A stretch of DNA of 64,000 nucleotides from assembly GCA_015680685.1 (NCBI GenBank), contig MNCI01001083.1, positions 363,989-427,988 of the forward strand. Direction: 5' to 3'. The position numbers were made by a program, and so were the translations under genes. Source of the stretch: Gnetum montanum. Lineage: Eukaryota; Plantae; Gnetophyta. The first letter of the stretch is position 1, and every line of letters begins with the position of its first letter. The notes under the pieces were generated by a model, which had not been told where the DNA came from, made no database searches, and saw only the letters and a list, made by a program, of their open reading frames with translations. Below, one piece after another: positions 39,400 to 51,460 of this stretch.

Positions 39400-42300
39400 T
39401 TGGTATTAGCTATTCTAGGCTCATGGAAAGGTNCGAATAGGGTTGTCCACCAACAGAGGTAGTATTGGTATTAGCTCTTCTAGGCTCATGGAAAGGTTTG
39501 GTTTGTTTGATGTTTACCAACAATTTCTTATATGGGCTATCAGGTTTGTAAATCATCATGGCTTCTAATGGAAAAGTTGCATGAATACTATAAGGTCCTT
39601 CCCAAAGTGTTTGAAATTTAGTGTGTTGTGGCATGTTTGTGGGGTTCCAATAAAGAACCTTATCTCCTTGTTGGTACTTAAATTTTCTAATTTTCAGGTC
39701 ATGACATTGTTTATTAAAAGCCTTGTGCAATTCATTAGATGACAAAGCAACTAATCAGTTCTCATCTAGCAAGTTAAGGTTCATTAACCATTCTTTTTGT
39801 GCTAGATTAAGGTCAAGGTTGAGATCACACACCATAGATAGTGTACGGAGTTCTGCTTGAATAGGTAGCATTGGGATTTTTCCATACACTAACTCATAGG
39901 GAGAGTAGCCTATAGGGAGTTTCCATGTGAAACGATATGCCCAAAGAGCATCGTTTAGTTTGGTGCTCCAGTCTCACCTATATTTGCTAATGGTTCTTGT
40001 CAATGTTTTCATAATCTCCCTATCGGTTACTTTGGCTTAACCATTCACTTGAGGGTGGTATGGTGTAGTCAATTTATGTTCAACTCCTAAGTGTTGCATC
40101 AACTTTTGAAAATTCGCGCCCATAAAATATGTACCATTATGTGAAATAAGTGCACGAGGCACAGAAAACTTGTTAATGATTTGTTGTTGAACAAATCATG
40201 GAGTGGTAGACAATGTACAGTCCATAACAATAGCTGCTTCTACATGTAGTTAATGACAATGACAATGTAAGCTTTTCCATTGGACATTGATGTAATAGAT
40301 CCTAGAAAATCAATTCCCCATATGTCAAAGCATTATAAAGGTTGAATCCATTGTTGTGGACCCTCCATTCTAGCAGTCATTCCCCCATCACATTGGCGGT
40401 GCTCACAAGATTGGATGATATAATGAGCATCCCGGAATAATGTAGGCCAATAATATCCTACAAGTAAGATTTTAATGGTTGTTCATCTCCCAGCATAGTG
40501 ACCCCCACAAGGACCCTCATGAGCATATTAGAAAACTCGTAATTGATCTACATCAGACCAAGCCATCGAGACATACCTTATAAAGGTTTCCATTGATTTC
40601 CATGAAATATTTGGCTTGGTGAAGAAACTATTGTTTCTTTTTAGTGTCTAACTCTTGTGGTGTTTCTTGTGTANCATTGTATGATGCAAGGGCTCACTGT
40701 TGGTTTATTCAACAAGAACCTAATTGCACTATGGTCTATGTGTACAAATACCTTATAGCCCAATACATAGTTCCTAAACTTATCTAGTACAAACACCACA
40801 ACCATTAATTCCTTTTCCNNNNNNNNNNNNNNNNNNNNNNNNNNNNNNNNNNNNNNNNNNNNNNNNNNNNNNNNNNNNNNNNNNNNNNNNNNNNNNNNNN
40901 NNNNNNNNNNNNNNNNNNNNNNNNNNNNNNNNNNNNNNNNNNNNNNNNNNNNNNNNNNNNNNNNNNNNNNNNNNNNNNNNNNNNNNNNNNNNNNNNNNNN
41001 NNNNNNNNNAGGAAATAAATTAGTATAGTAGCATTCTTACCTATCTCCTTACACANCACAAGGTATGTTCTTTTTCATTAGTTCAACCAATGGTATTGCA
41101 ACCCTTGAAAAGTTCTCTATGAATCTTCTATGATAGCGAGTGTGTCCAAGGAATGANTCGATGGCTTGGTCTGATGTAGATCAATTACGAGTTTTCTAAT
41201 ATGCTCATGAGGGTCCTTGTGGGGGTCACTATGCTGGGAGATGAACAACCATTAAAATCTTACTTGTAGGATATTATTGGCCTACATTATTCCGGGATGC
41301 TCATTATATCATCCAATCTTGTGAGCACCACCNGCTCTAATCAATCCAATACTTGATCAAAGTTTACTTCGTAGGTGGAGAAATCATCCATGAAGTCTTC
41401 TACACCATTCCCTATTTGTTGCTAAAAGATACTTAGAACCAAACATTAAAACGTTGAAGGAACATTGCACAAGCCAAATGACATTTTTTTTGTATGCAAA
41501 TTTCCCCCAAGGACTTGTGAACATGGTCTTGGCTTAGCCTTCTAGTGCTATTTGTATTTGGTTGTATCCACTGTACCCATCCAGAAAACTATAGTTGCGA
41601 TGCCTTGCAATGGTGTCTAAGACTTGGTTCACGAATGGCAATGGAAAGTAGTCTTTGAATGTTGTCATATTTAGCAACCTAAAGTCTATACACACCCTTC
41701 ATTTACCTCCGTTTTTGGGCACAATAACTAATGGACTAACCCATTTTCTATTAGCAATGGGGTAGATGAACCCAGCTTTTAGAAGCTATTCAATTTCCTT
41801 CTTAACCACTTGTTTAAGTTTTGGGTTCAATCGCCATTATGGTTGTTGTCGAGGCTTCATGGAGGGGTCAGTGTAAATTCTATGTTGGCATATCCTAGGG
41901 TCTATTCCAGTTAATTCGGGATATGACCAAGCAAAGGCTTTCGACCATGTGTTCACCATTTTTAGCAGCCTCTCTTTTTGTTGAGTGAGCTTAGCATTAA
42001 TAATTACCGATTTTCCATTTTTGAGAAATGTGTACTCCATACCGATGGGAAACAGTTTTAACTCCAGGGGCTCTTTCTTAAAGTTGTTAGGGATTTCCAA
42101 CTTCCCCCAGTTGATATTTTCAATGTCAAGACCTGGAAGTTGGAAATGGACTTGCTCTAATGTGTCTATGTTATTGATGTGAGTGCAAGTCAAACCCTCA
42201 GTTAGTTCCATGCATATAGTTGAGTTTCTCTCTTGGACAGCTATCAGCCATTGGGTGCCTTCCTATCTTGTGGTTGCCACATACAAGTACCTTTGTATGT

Positions 42301-44980
42301 TAGTCACTTGTGCACACTAGTTGCATGCAGGCAATGTTACACATTGTATGAACTAGGACTTCTGCACGCAATTACACCCTGTGTCACTATATGCGATGCA
42401 TGAAACTTTCTTCTTCTTGATCTTTTCAAACATATTTTCCTTGAATATCTCTAGGGAAAGATAACGTATTCCTAGGCATGCATCAATTGTGCTTAGCCAT
42501 GCTCTTCCCATTATGATAGGGAAGTCCCCCTTACAGTTGTTGACTTGAATCACTAGGAAGTCGACTAGATATGACCATCCACAAACAATGGTAACAATTT
42601 CCTTCATTAGTCCTAATGGGACAGTGATGGGTTGGTTGGCCAGCTCTAAATGAATGTTACTCTTTTTTAGTGGAGGCAAGTTCTAGGCTTTGTACATTTC
42701 TTGAGAGATTAAGTTGACACGGGAACCTGAATCTAAAAGAGCCTTGCAAGGTTCATTCCTAACGATTTGTAAATATATAAGAGGATTCCCAGGATCAGAT
42801 AATTTTCTAGGAAGATGGCCAACCTTAATCCAATCAGTAATGGCATGCGTCAACATGACCGTGTGCGTTGAATGTGGCCTTTGATTTGAAGGGAGTTTCA
42901 AAGTTTCGGATGATGGTGAGGCCTTTGGAGAGTTAGCCACTTGTGACTGCAAGGACTTGGTTGAACTATCGGTCCTAAAGAAAGGTCTCTTCTTTACACA
43001 GTTTTCTAAAACAATAGTAGGATGAGGATTAACAGCCCTTGTAGCATTATGTTGCTATAGCTGGGCAGGGAGCTCACCCTGCATGGCTAGTGTAGGTGGT
43101 AATGGAGTTAAGGGTAGAAGAGATGCAGTCGGATGAGAAGGATGGTATGCTTGTGGAACATCACCCCTAGGGGAAGGAGTTCTATAATACTCATGGGTTT
43201 GTTAGTGAGGTTGGGGAGCAATGTGACTAGTAGAGTCGCGTGGAGATATTGGCTACTGCACGTATATCCATATAGGTCATATTGATGGTAAGGGTACTAT
43301 TAACATGGTGGTGGAATTCCCCATAATTTTAGCTACTGTCACTATTGATACTGCTCATTTGATTATGGTGGAGTTCCACTTGGAAAATACATCAAGGGTT
43401 GGTGGAACTACCTTGGGGATAAGGTAACCTTCAGGGTGTTTACCTTCTATTTAATCGTAGGTTAAGTGCGTACATCCCAGACTCCTGCAAATGTGAGATT
43501 ATAGGGCAAAATCCCTTAGGATGTTCATATTGGCATATCTCACATCCACCATCATTGTCTATATCTGAATCCACAACCTCTTCCATGATGACAACTTTTC
43601 CCTTACCTTTGTTATGTGCATATTCAGCTTTTCTCTTTTTTCTCCTCTACTATTTTGAGAACTGTTTGAAATCTATTATCTAGGGAGTCCCACATTTGGT
43701 CCACCTTTGCCGATACTTCTAATGCAAGTTTTTGAATGGGCAAGGTTTTCCTATTTAGCATCTCTTCAAGTGGTGACTCTTCTTCATCCTCACAAAATCT
43801 AACTCCCTTGTTTCAGAGGGAAGGATCTCTATTATATTCTTCCACACTCTCTCTTTTCCTTAACTCACCTTCCTCTTTAGCAGCTTGCTCCAACAATATT
43901 TATACTTGATGGACCCTAAGCTCAGATATCCTTCCTTGGGCATAAGTCCCAAGGGTTCTTCGCATTTTGTGCCTAAGCCCATCTACGAGATGGCATAGTT
44001 ATTCCCTTTGTGAGTAACCATGGCCTGTGTAATGATGTAATAGTGCATAATATCAGCCCATGGTAGCATCGAAGGGTTCGTGTCCTCCTTGTTTCCATCC
44101 TTGGATTTTCTTTAGTAGCTTGGACACTTAGGATTACATTTGATACTTATCATTGAACAATTCTAACATGGTACTCCATCGGTGAATGGACTCTGGTTCT
44201 AAGGACTGGTACCAACTTTCTGCTTCCTTAATCAATGTCTGTGGAAACAACTTGAGTTCTTACCACTCATTTTCTATGTTTTGCAAGGCACATGCATCAT
44301 GAAATTCTTGCAAATGATTTTGAGGATCAGTGTTGTATCCCCCTTCAAATTGTGGAATATTGTTCATGTCCAATCTTTTGATCCTACTATCTTTTTGGTG
44401 CCTTGTTTGGATTCTAACAGCCTCATTTATATCTAACATACTTTGGGTAGCGAGTAGGGGTTCATCATGATCATACTGTCTATGGTGTCTATGATGCCTA
44501 TGTTGTTCCCTACTCTCCCTCCTTTCATGATGATTTTGTCTAAAATGCCCTCGTCCCCTTTCTCGGTTGCTTTGTCTATGATTTCTATTTCACTTACCAT
44601 TATCCTTAGGGTCTTTTTCCTTGCAACTACATCCAGATCCTGAAGGAGAGGATGAAGGAGATGATGAAGATGAAGAAGAAGGAGGATCATTACCATGATG
44701 GTGTCTGCTTCCTTCTCTTCGGTGGTCGTGGCCTCAATCGCAATTACAATCAGAATGTCCATCTTTGTCATGTGTTTATGTTCCTTTTTCAGATCCTTTG
44801 TGTCTATCAGTACTAGAATCTAGGTTAAGGATAGTTGACTGAAGATTTTAATACACCACCCCTTGACCAAAATCAATAGGAGGAACATCATTGTGTGGGA
44901 GACTTCCTGAGGCAGGTTCAGCACCCTCATTTTCACCTATGACATACGGGACATTCTGAGACAACTTCCCCTTCATGGAT
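39400..44980 (-). pseudogene. pol: Degenerate gag-pol of element E (assembly gap 40819-41009)
   Basis: LFPQTLIKEAESWYQSL (gag), KLSDPGNP and ALLDSGSRVNLIS (PR), AFAWSYPELTGIDPRICQHRI, FLDGYSGYNQI, FMDDFS (RT), WGIDFLG, WEGPY (INT). Confidence 0.93.
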
Positions 44981-45085
44981 TCATAATTGTAAGATAACCA
45001 ACCCTAAGGGTTCATTCCAATGATGGAAATATTTCCTAAGTTCTAGCTAGTGCACAAACAACAAAGTTCCCAACAATAACTCCAA

Positions 45086-45958
45086 TGATGAGCGGCAAGG
45101 TATCCCTACACTTAACTATATGAATACGAGCATCCACGCATGATCTGGTCGAATTCCAAGGACTAAGTGCTTATGCACCTTTATAGAACAAGGACATTTT
45201 AGTTAATCATTGTCTTCCCAAGCTTACTTGTATGACAAAATTGTATGATTAAGTAAACTCAAGGTATATGATTTTTATATATTTTTTATGTTTATGTCCT
45301 GGTGCTACAAAGGGAGAAGTGAACTAATTAAGTAACTAATTCAATTTAACTAATCTACTATGCTCCAACTAGTCCTACACCAACATCCATTCCCACTTGT
45401 CATACACATCCTAAACTAGTGCAACACTACTAGGATTACCAAACGCTAATCGTTACTAGGTTACCAAGTGTTCCATGTATGCTCGAAGTGGTCGTACTAA
45501 GTGTGCTTACTTGGGGGAGTTAACAATGAGAGAGAGAGAGAGACACACACACACACATAGAGAGAACATTAATTAACTAAGGAAATCATTAAATAACTGT
45601 AAATAACATTAAATAATCAATTCTAAATGCTACAAGGTTTATCACAAAGTTCGTCTTTATTTCCAAGCACAAGGTGTGCTCAGGTACACAATGCTCAAAT
45701 AAAGATCCGTTCACTTTATGACTCCTACTATGGGCACTTAGAAATAATTCTAACTCTAAGAAGGGAAAAAGGCAAGAGTTCAGGTAAGGGATCAAGACTA
45801 AATTAACTCACTACTGCCAAACCAAGTGCACCCACCTCTTATTTACAGGTGACAAGATAGGCCCCGATATTGGATGTCTGATATTGCTTAGAAGGCTCCG
45901 ATAGGGTGTACCTGATATTGCAAATGTGATATCGTGGCCCCGATATCGCAACTCATCA
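45086..45958 (-). repeat. 5' LTR of element E
   Basis: Direct repeat of 36581-37440; contains (GA)n(CA)n microsatellite ~45528-45565. Confidence 0.93.
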
Positions 45959-48304
45959 AACTATTATCAAAAACTTACTGTGATACCATTTTAAAGTTTT
46001 GTGATGTTAATCACTAGGTCTAGGATATAATAGAACCACTTTGATAACTACTATGATTGAGATAAACATGAACCATGACATAAAATAAGACCATGGTGTT
46101 ATAGATGTTGAACATGAGTACATAAACTAAAAAGTAATAGAGAAAAATAAGGCAACCAAGTATCTGTATTATATTATCATTAGTGTATTGTACTTCATTT
46201 TGCACATTGTTGCTATATTCATATTATTACTGAACACTAAACCAAGATCATTACTTATATAGTTGTAATAGAACATTCATGTGCAAAGAATGAATAAAAA
46301 AAATAATTAGTTATTATTTGTTAATATATTTGACTAAATATAACTAACCAATACACACTATAAAATTATCTCGATAGTATTGTACATTGTGATGGTATAT
46401 ATTGAAGTTCATGATGTAACTAAATATAGACATAAGCTAGCATGTTAAGCTTGATAGAATATATCAAATATTCAACACAAGTCATCCTACATTTTTTTTA
46501 TAATTGAACTTTATCCATTTTATAAACCTCAATGATTAGTTTTTAGTTAGTTGTAAGGGTATCATGAATAATGAGAGTGATTTTTTATAAGGGTTTAGTC
46601 AATGCTCATAAATTAATGTAGCTTGATCAACTAAGCTTCTATTATGTCAATGAATTTGCATTAACATAATAATTAAAAATATTTATACATATGATTCACT
46701 GACTATGTTTATATACCATTTTGATTAGTAGCATCATTAAACTCTCTTGTTTTTTTTTTGTGGTCTTAGTAAATAGTCACCAAGTACCCACAATGTAAAT
46801 TTTAGTTAATTGTATGACATTTTACTCAAGTGACATTGTATTTGGACATAATCCATGACTAAAACTAACATCAAAATTTATTATTATTATTTGCAACACT
46901 TTGAATTAGAATAGAATTTACTTTTACTACACTTTATTTTCCATGTACCTTAGATTAATATTTCCATTTTCATGAAAATTAATCAATAGCAGAATGAGTA
47001 CGACTAATTTTGAGTGTAAACATATATTCACTTAATAATCTGAGTAGCATAATGTTTGGTAATCATGTTGACCTTTTGGAATGCTAAAACCTTAAGTAAA
47101 ATGGAAAACAAAGAATTTTTATTATCGATGATGTGTTTATAGGTCATGAATAAGAACTCCACATCATGAATAAGGACTCAAGGAAATGAAATCTACAACA
47201 AGTTATCAAAATGGACACTTCATAGGCAAGATGAGAGCATGGACATATNAATTTATCAAAATGGACACTTCATAGGCAAGATGAGAGCATGGACATATAT
47301 GGATGAAAATAAAGAATACAAATCAAATGGAGATGCTCCAAGGATTAGAAAGAAGTCAAATCAATAAGATAAAGCCTTAGAAACCAAAGCTCAATAGTTG
47401 AGGAGTTGTCTCCAGGAAATAATAGATGTCTTAGCTAAAAATAATGAATTCATAAGAAGATGTATTTAAGAAATAGAAGACATCCCCATTATAAAGTAGA
47501 CATCTCTCAAGATACATCTCATTCTCCAAGGACACATCTCTTTGGAATTAAGGCAAATCCCATGTAGACATCTCAACTTCGAAAGAGATGTCTACACTAG
47601 TGATGGGTAGCTATTGCACAAATTCTAACGTATTTTTGAAAACTCTAAAGCTATAAGAAGACACTAAATTCTTCGTAGTTGAGCAAGAATTATTAATACC
47701 AAAGCTATCATTATCTATTCTATGCAATTATACTTGTGTATTTCATTTGTCATATCATTTGCTTAATTATTCATAGAACTGTGATTCAAAGTATAGGATT
47801 TGTAATTTGAGTTACACTCCTTTCTTGTTTTTCTTTCTCTTTATTTGTAGCTCTAAAGGGTTGACATTCTTCTTGTAAGAAGGCATCCATTTTCAGCTTG
47901 TCAAGATCCTATGGGTTTGAGTTATTTTTCAACACCAAAACACTCCAAAGTGAAGCTCAATTTTGTACAGGTTGTAAGATCCTCTAAATCACATTTTGAT
48001 ATTGTTGTAGGGTTGAGAGATTTTGTAATGAAAAAACTATCCATAATGGAGCTCAAATCTTGTAAAGGTTGTGATGTCCTCTAAACCACATTTTGGAAAA
48101 AACAAAGTCTCGAGGTATGCAAGGAATCTACCCTCCACGTGTGGACTACCCAAGTTGGGAAACCACATAATTTTTGGTGTGTTTTGAGTGATAGGTTTGA
48201 CTTAAAATTGGAAAACTTTTTCAACCCTCCTTCTAAGTACTTGATCCTCAAGTCGTACTGGAGCTTGATACTCTTGTTCTTAACATTAATCTTTACGAGT
48301 GAAC

Positions 48305-49560
48305 TATGGAGGGGACATCCTACGCAAAGCTACCAATGTTTGATTGGTTTGATTTTTCCTATTGGAAGGTGAGGATGCAAGGCTTCTTCAAGTCAATGGA
48401 GTTTGAGGTTTGGGATTCCATCCTCAAAAAATACATACATCAATTTATAGTGCAAAAAAGGACCCAAAAGATTAACAAGTGAACAATCAAGAAGAAATTA
48501 TCCTTCTATTAAGAAGTCTTCAAGGCTTTTAGGAAAAATGGATAAGAACTTCTATTAATAAGGATTCAACCAATCCAACACCAAAGGTAAATTTAGAGGT
48601 AAGAATTTTTCAAACTCTAATTTTGATTCTTTTTTGATCGAATGTTGGGTTTGTGGTGGAAGAGGTCATGTGGCCTCTAAATATCCTAGTAATGGTAGGT
48701 TGTAATGAAAATATGGCAATGGTATGGATACAAAAAAGGCCAACCTTTACACAAGCTAGGATGATGAAGAACTAAGTAACAATGTGAATGATGATACAAA
48801 AGACTTACAAATCATTTTTATGGTCTTCACATATGACAATATTAGCCTCTTAGATGATGATCAATCTAAATATGATGAAGAAAGGTATGGCCTTTTATGT
48901 AAGTTACTTCTATCTTTTTAAAGTCTCTCTATAAAGTTAGATAAACAACTAAAAACAAAGGATCAAGATATTTCTTCACTAAATATAAATATTTTAGATC
49001 TCACAAAAGAAATCTCAGACATAGGGGCTAAGAATGAAAAACTAACCTTGACTTATGAGCAAGCTAAGGAAGAACTTGCAAACACTAAACTTATAAATGA
49101 AAGGTTGGTCAAAGGAAAGGAATCTCTTCAAATAGTTCTTGGGCAAGGAAGAAGTCCAAATAATAGAACTGAACTAGGTTGTTATCAACAAGAATAAGCA
49201 TCCCCATAAAAAAACATCAAAATAAAAGACTCCATCAAATATTGAAGTAACTACTAGCACTCCATTTAATCAAAAGGTAATTTTAAAGTCTAATAACTTT
49301 TATCCAAATATAAGGATTAGGTGGTATTATTGTAATAAATATGGACACAAGCAATAGGATTATAATTTGAATTATTATAGTATGAATACTTGGACATATC
49401 GCATAACTCCTTGGTCTTATCAAAATGTTTATAAAAAGAAAGTTGTATAGGAAAATAATATAAAGGGCAAGGAAATGAGGAAATTATGGAAAATTAAGAA
49501 GAGGGAATATGATAACAAGAAAATCATCTCCAATGAGTTTGTCAAAAGAAAATAGTCCTT
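48305..49560 (+). pseudogene. gag: Internally deleted copia gag remnant
   Basis: YWKVRMQGFFKSMEFEVWDSI (copia gag N-terminus), knuckles ECWVCGGRGHVASKY and YYCNKYGHKQ, G(L)GC after a coiled coil as in SIRE gag. Confidence 0.8.
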
Positions 49561-50016
49561 GGAAATAGATGAAATTTGTATGACAAGAGATACCTCAAAA
49601 GAGGGATCTCATCCTCAAGCTTCCTAGACATCTCTTCCTCCTCTTTAGTAAGGAAGGTAAGTAGAGGTAAGTGTTTAATTCACCATATTTTAAGACTATA
49701 ATCCTTGGCAGCCATCCTTGAGCCTTATCTTGCTAAACCCCACCGTATTGGACATCTTCCTAAAGATGTCTCCTATGAGACATCTACTTTTTAAAAGAAA
49801 CATCTACTCAGAGACATCTACTTTTCAAATGAGACATCTCCTTGTGTTTCCTTTTGTCATAATAGATATGTCTACTTCTCAAAAAAAATGTCTACCTATG
49901 CTTTTTACACACAAAATAGCTTTCTTTTGAAGGATACATCCATATTTTTGTTTAAAACCCTCATTTAGCACTAATATAAAAATCCAAACTCTCATTTTTC
50001 ATTCATTCAAACATAG

Positions 50017-51460
50017 ATGTCCAAGGGGAGACAACCAAGGTTTCACCAATAGCTATGAGTTATGCTATTTCTCCAACATCCTCAACCCATAAGATGGTAT
50101 CAATGTTAAGAGCATCACTAAGAGGAGTAGGAAGTCAAAAGAAGCTTCCACCAACATTGCAAATATCTACAATCATCAATTTAAATTAGTTAGCACCTAG
50201 CACTGGTTTGAGGTAACTTGAACTATTTCTATCATTTCTAAGCATTCTCTTTCTTTCCCATAGCATAGATAGAAGAAGTTAATGAGTTTCTTCCAAGTAT
50301 TAAATTAGGATACCTTCATTTCTATGAAGTTTTGTGTGCCTAAAATTCTCATCAGAGAATTTTACTATAAAATTGTTATTGCAAATGCTTTTGTTGGGGC
50401 CTTCACTATCTTGGTTTTGGATTTGCTAATTGATGTATCTCCTCAAGTTTTTAATGCATTACTTGGGATTTTTAGTGCTAATGTATTTAGAGTCACCATT
50501 CATTCCATGAGTGACATTTTTATGAATGGTGTGATTCTAATTTCCCAAGATGAATTTTGTGATGCATTGTTTGGGGAGCTAGTATCTCTTCATAGTGGGA
50601 GAATTTATAGGATTCAGATGGCCCAGATGCTTCCATCCTATCACTCATTATTTTGTATAACATCATTGTAAAAGGGGGAAGCTATAATTATTTTTTGCAA
50701 ACCCAATCATTTATTTTATACTACCTTCTTATAGGGCAACCATTGGACTTGGCTCATACTCTTTGTCATAACATGTTGGGCTTGTTCATAAAGCAAAGAA
50801 TCTTTGAGCACCCTCACCTCATCATTTTGTTAATTTGACAAAGGGGCTTTTCTATTCCTAACATGCCTCTTCTTAAAGGTAAGAGGAGCCTTAGTGAATA
50901 TGTATAGAAGAGGAGCTTCACCCATGTTGAAGAAGTAGAAGCTAACACCAAGCCTCAAAAGTCCCAAAAGAAGAGATCTACATCATTGTCTTAGGAATCT
51001 CTTTAGTTGAGAAGATCCAAATCAACTATCATCCAAATGAGATCTTTTCTGAAAAAGCTGCTCAAGCCATTTGCTTGTACCATAGGGATAATTGGTAGGA
51101 ATCTCTCTTACCTCCATAAGAGAATGGATGCAGCTAGAGTACCTCTTCCTTTTGACAATGAGGAGATCACCACTCCTCCCATTTTATACAATGAGGAGGA
51201 CCTTCCTACCCCACCCAAACATTCAACAAAAATTGGGCCTTCCTAGGCTCAGAGGAAGGATCCACTAGCTTCATGTTGATTTTGAGTGAAGCTTCATCCT
51301 GGAGAGCTCTAGTCTAGTTACCTTCTTTAGACGATGACAATGAGCAGCATGTCTCTAGCTCTAGTACCATTAACAATGATGATTAGGAGGATACATATAG
51401 ACCTCCTCGTGTTACAACTGCTTCTAGTGAGGAGTCAGATGATGCAATTGAGGTCAATTG
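50017..51460 (+). pseudogene. Degenerate env-like accessory ORF of element F
   Basis: TATAAAA 49975, ATG 50017; PKILIREFYYK, YYLLIGQPLDLAHTLCHNML, HPHLIILL motifs typical of SIRE/Athila accessory ORFs; acidic tail. Confidence 0.65.

Larger units (their letters stand above)
36581..45958 (-). mobile_element. Full-length Athila-like element lacking the accessory ORF (element E)
   Basis: Paired LTRs, decayed tRNA-Asp PBS (minus strand TGGAGTTATTGTTGGGAA ~45067-45084), PPT ~37441-37450, gag-PR-RT-RH-INT; flanks AACAG/AACTA (partial TSD). Confidence 0.92.

Noticed and set aside
39370-39497. Short tandem duplication at the end of integrase
   Set aside because: Junction is an N (39433); likely artefact
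41158-41332. Inverted copy of integrase segment ~40395-40570 inside RT
   Set aside because: Bounded by single Ns (41157, 41333) next to a gap; mis-scaffolded fragment, not a real inversion
45528-45565. (GA)n(CA)n microsatellite in one LTR only
   Set aside because: Ordinary slippage from a purine tract present in the sister LTR
47203-47298. ~46-bp duplication in the 5' LTR of element F
   Set aside because: N at junction (47249) and single copy in the 3' LTR
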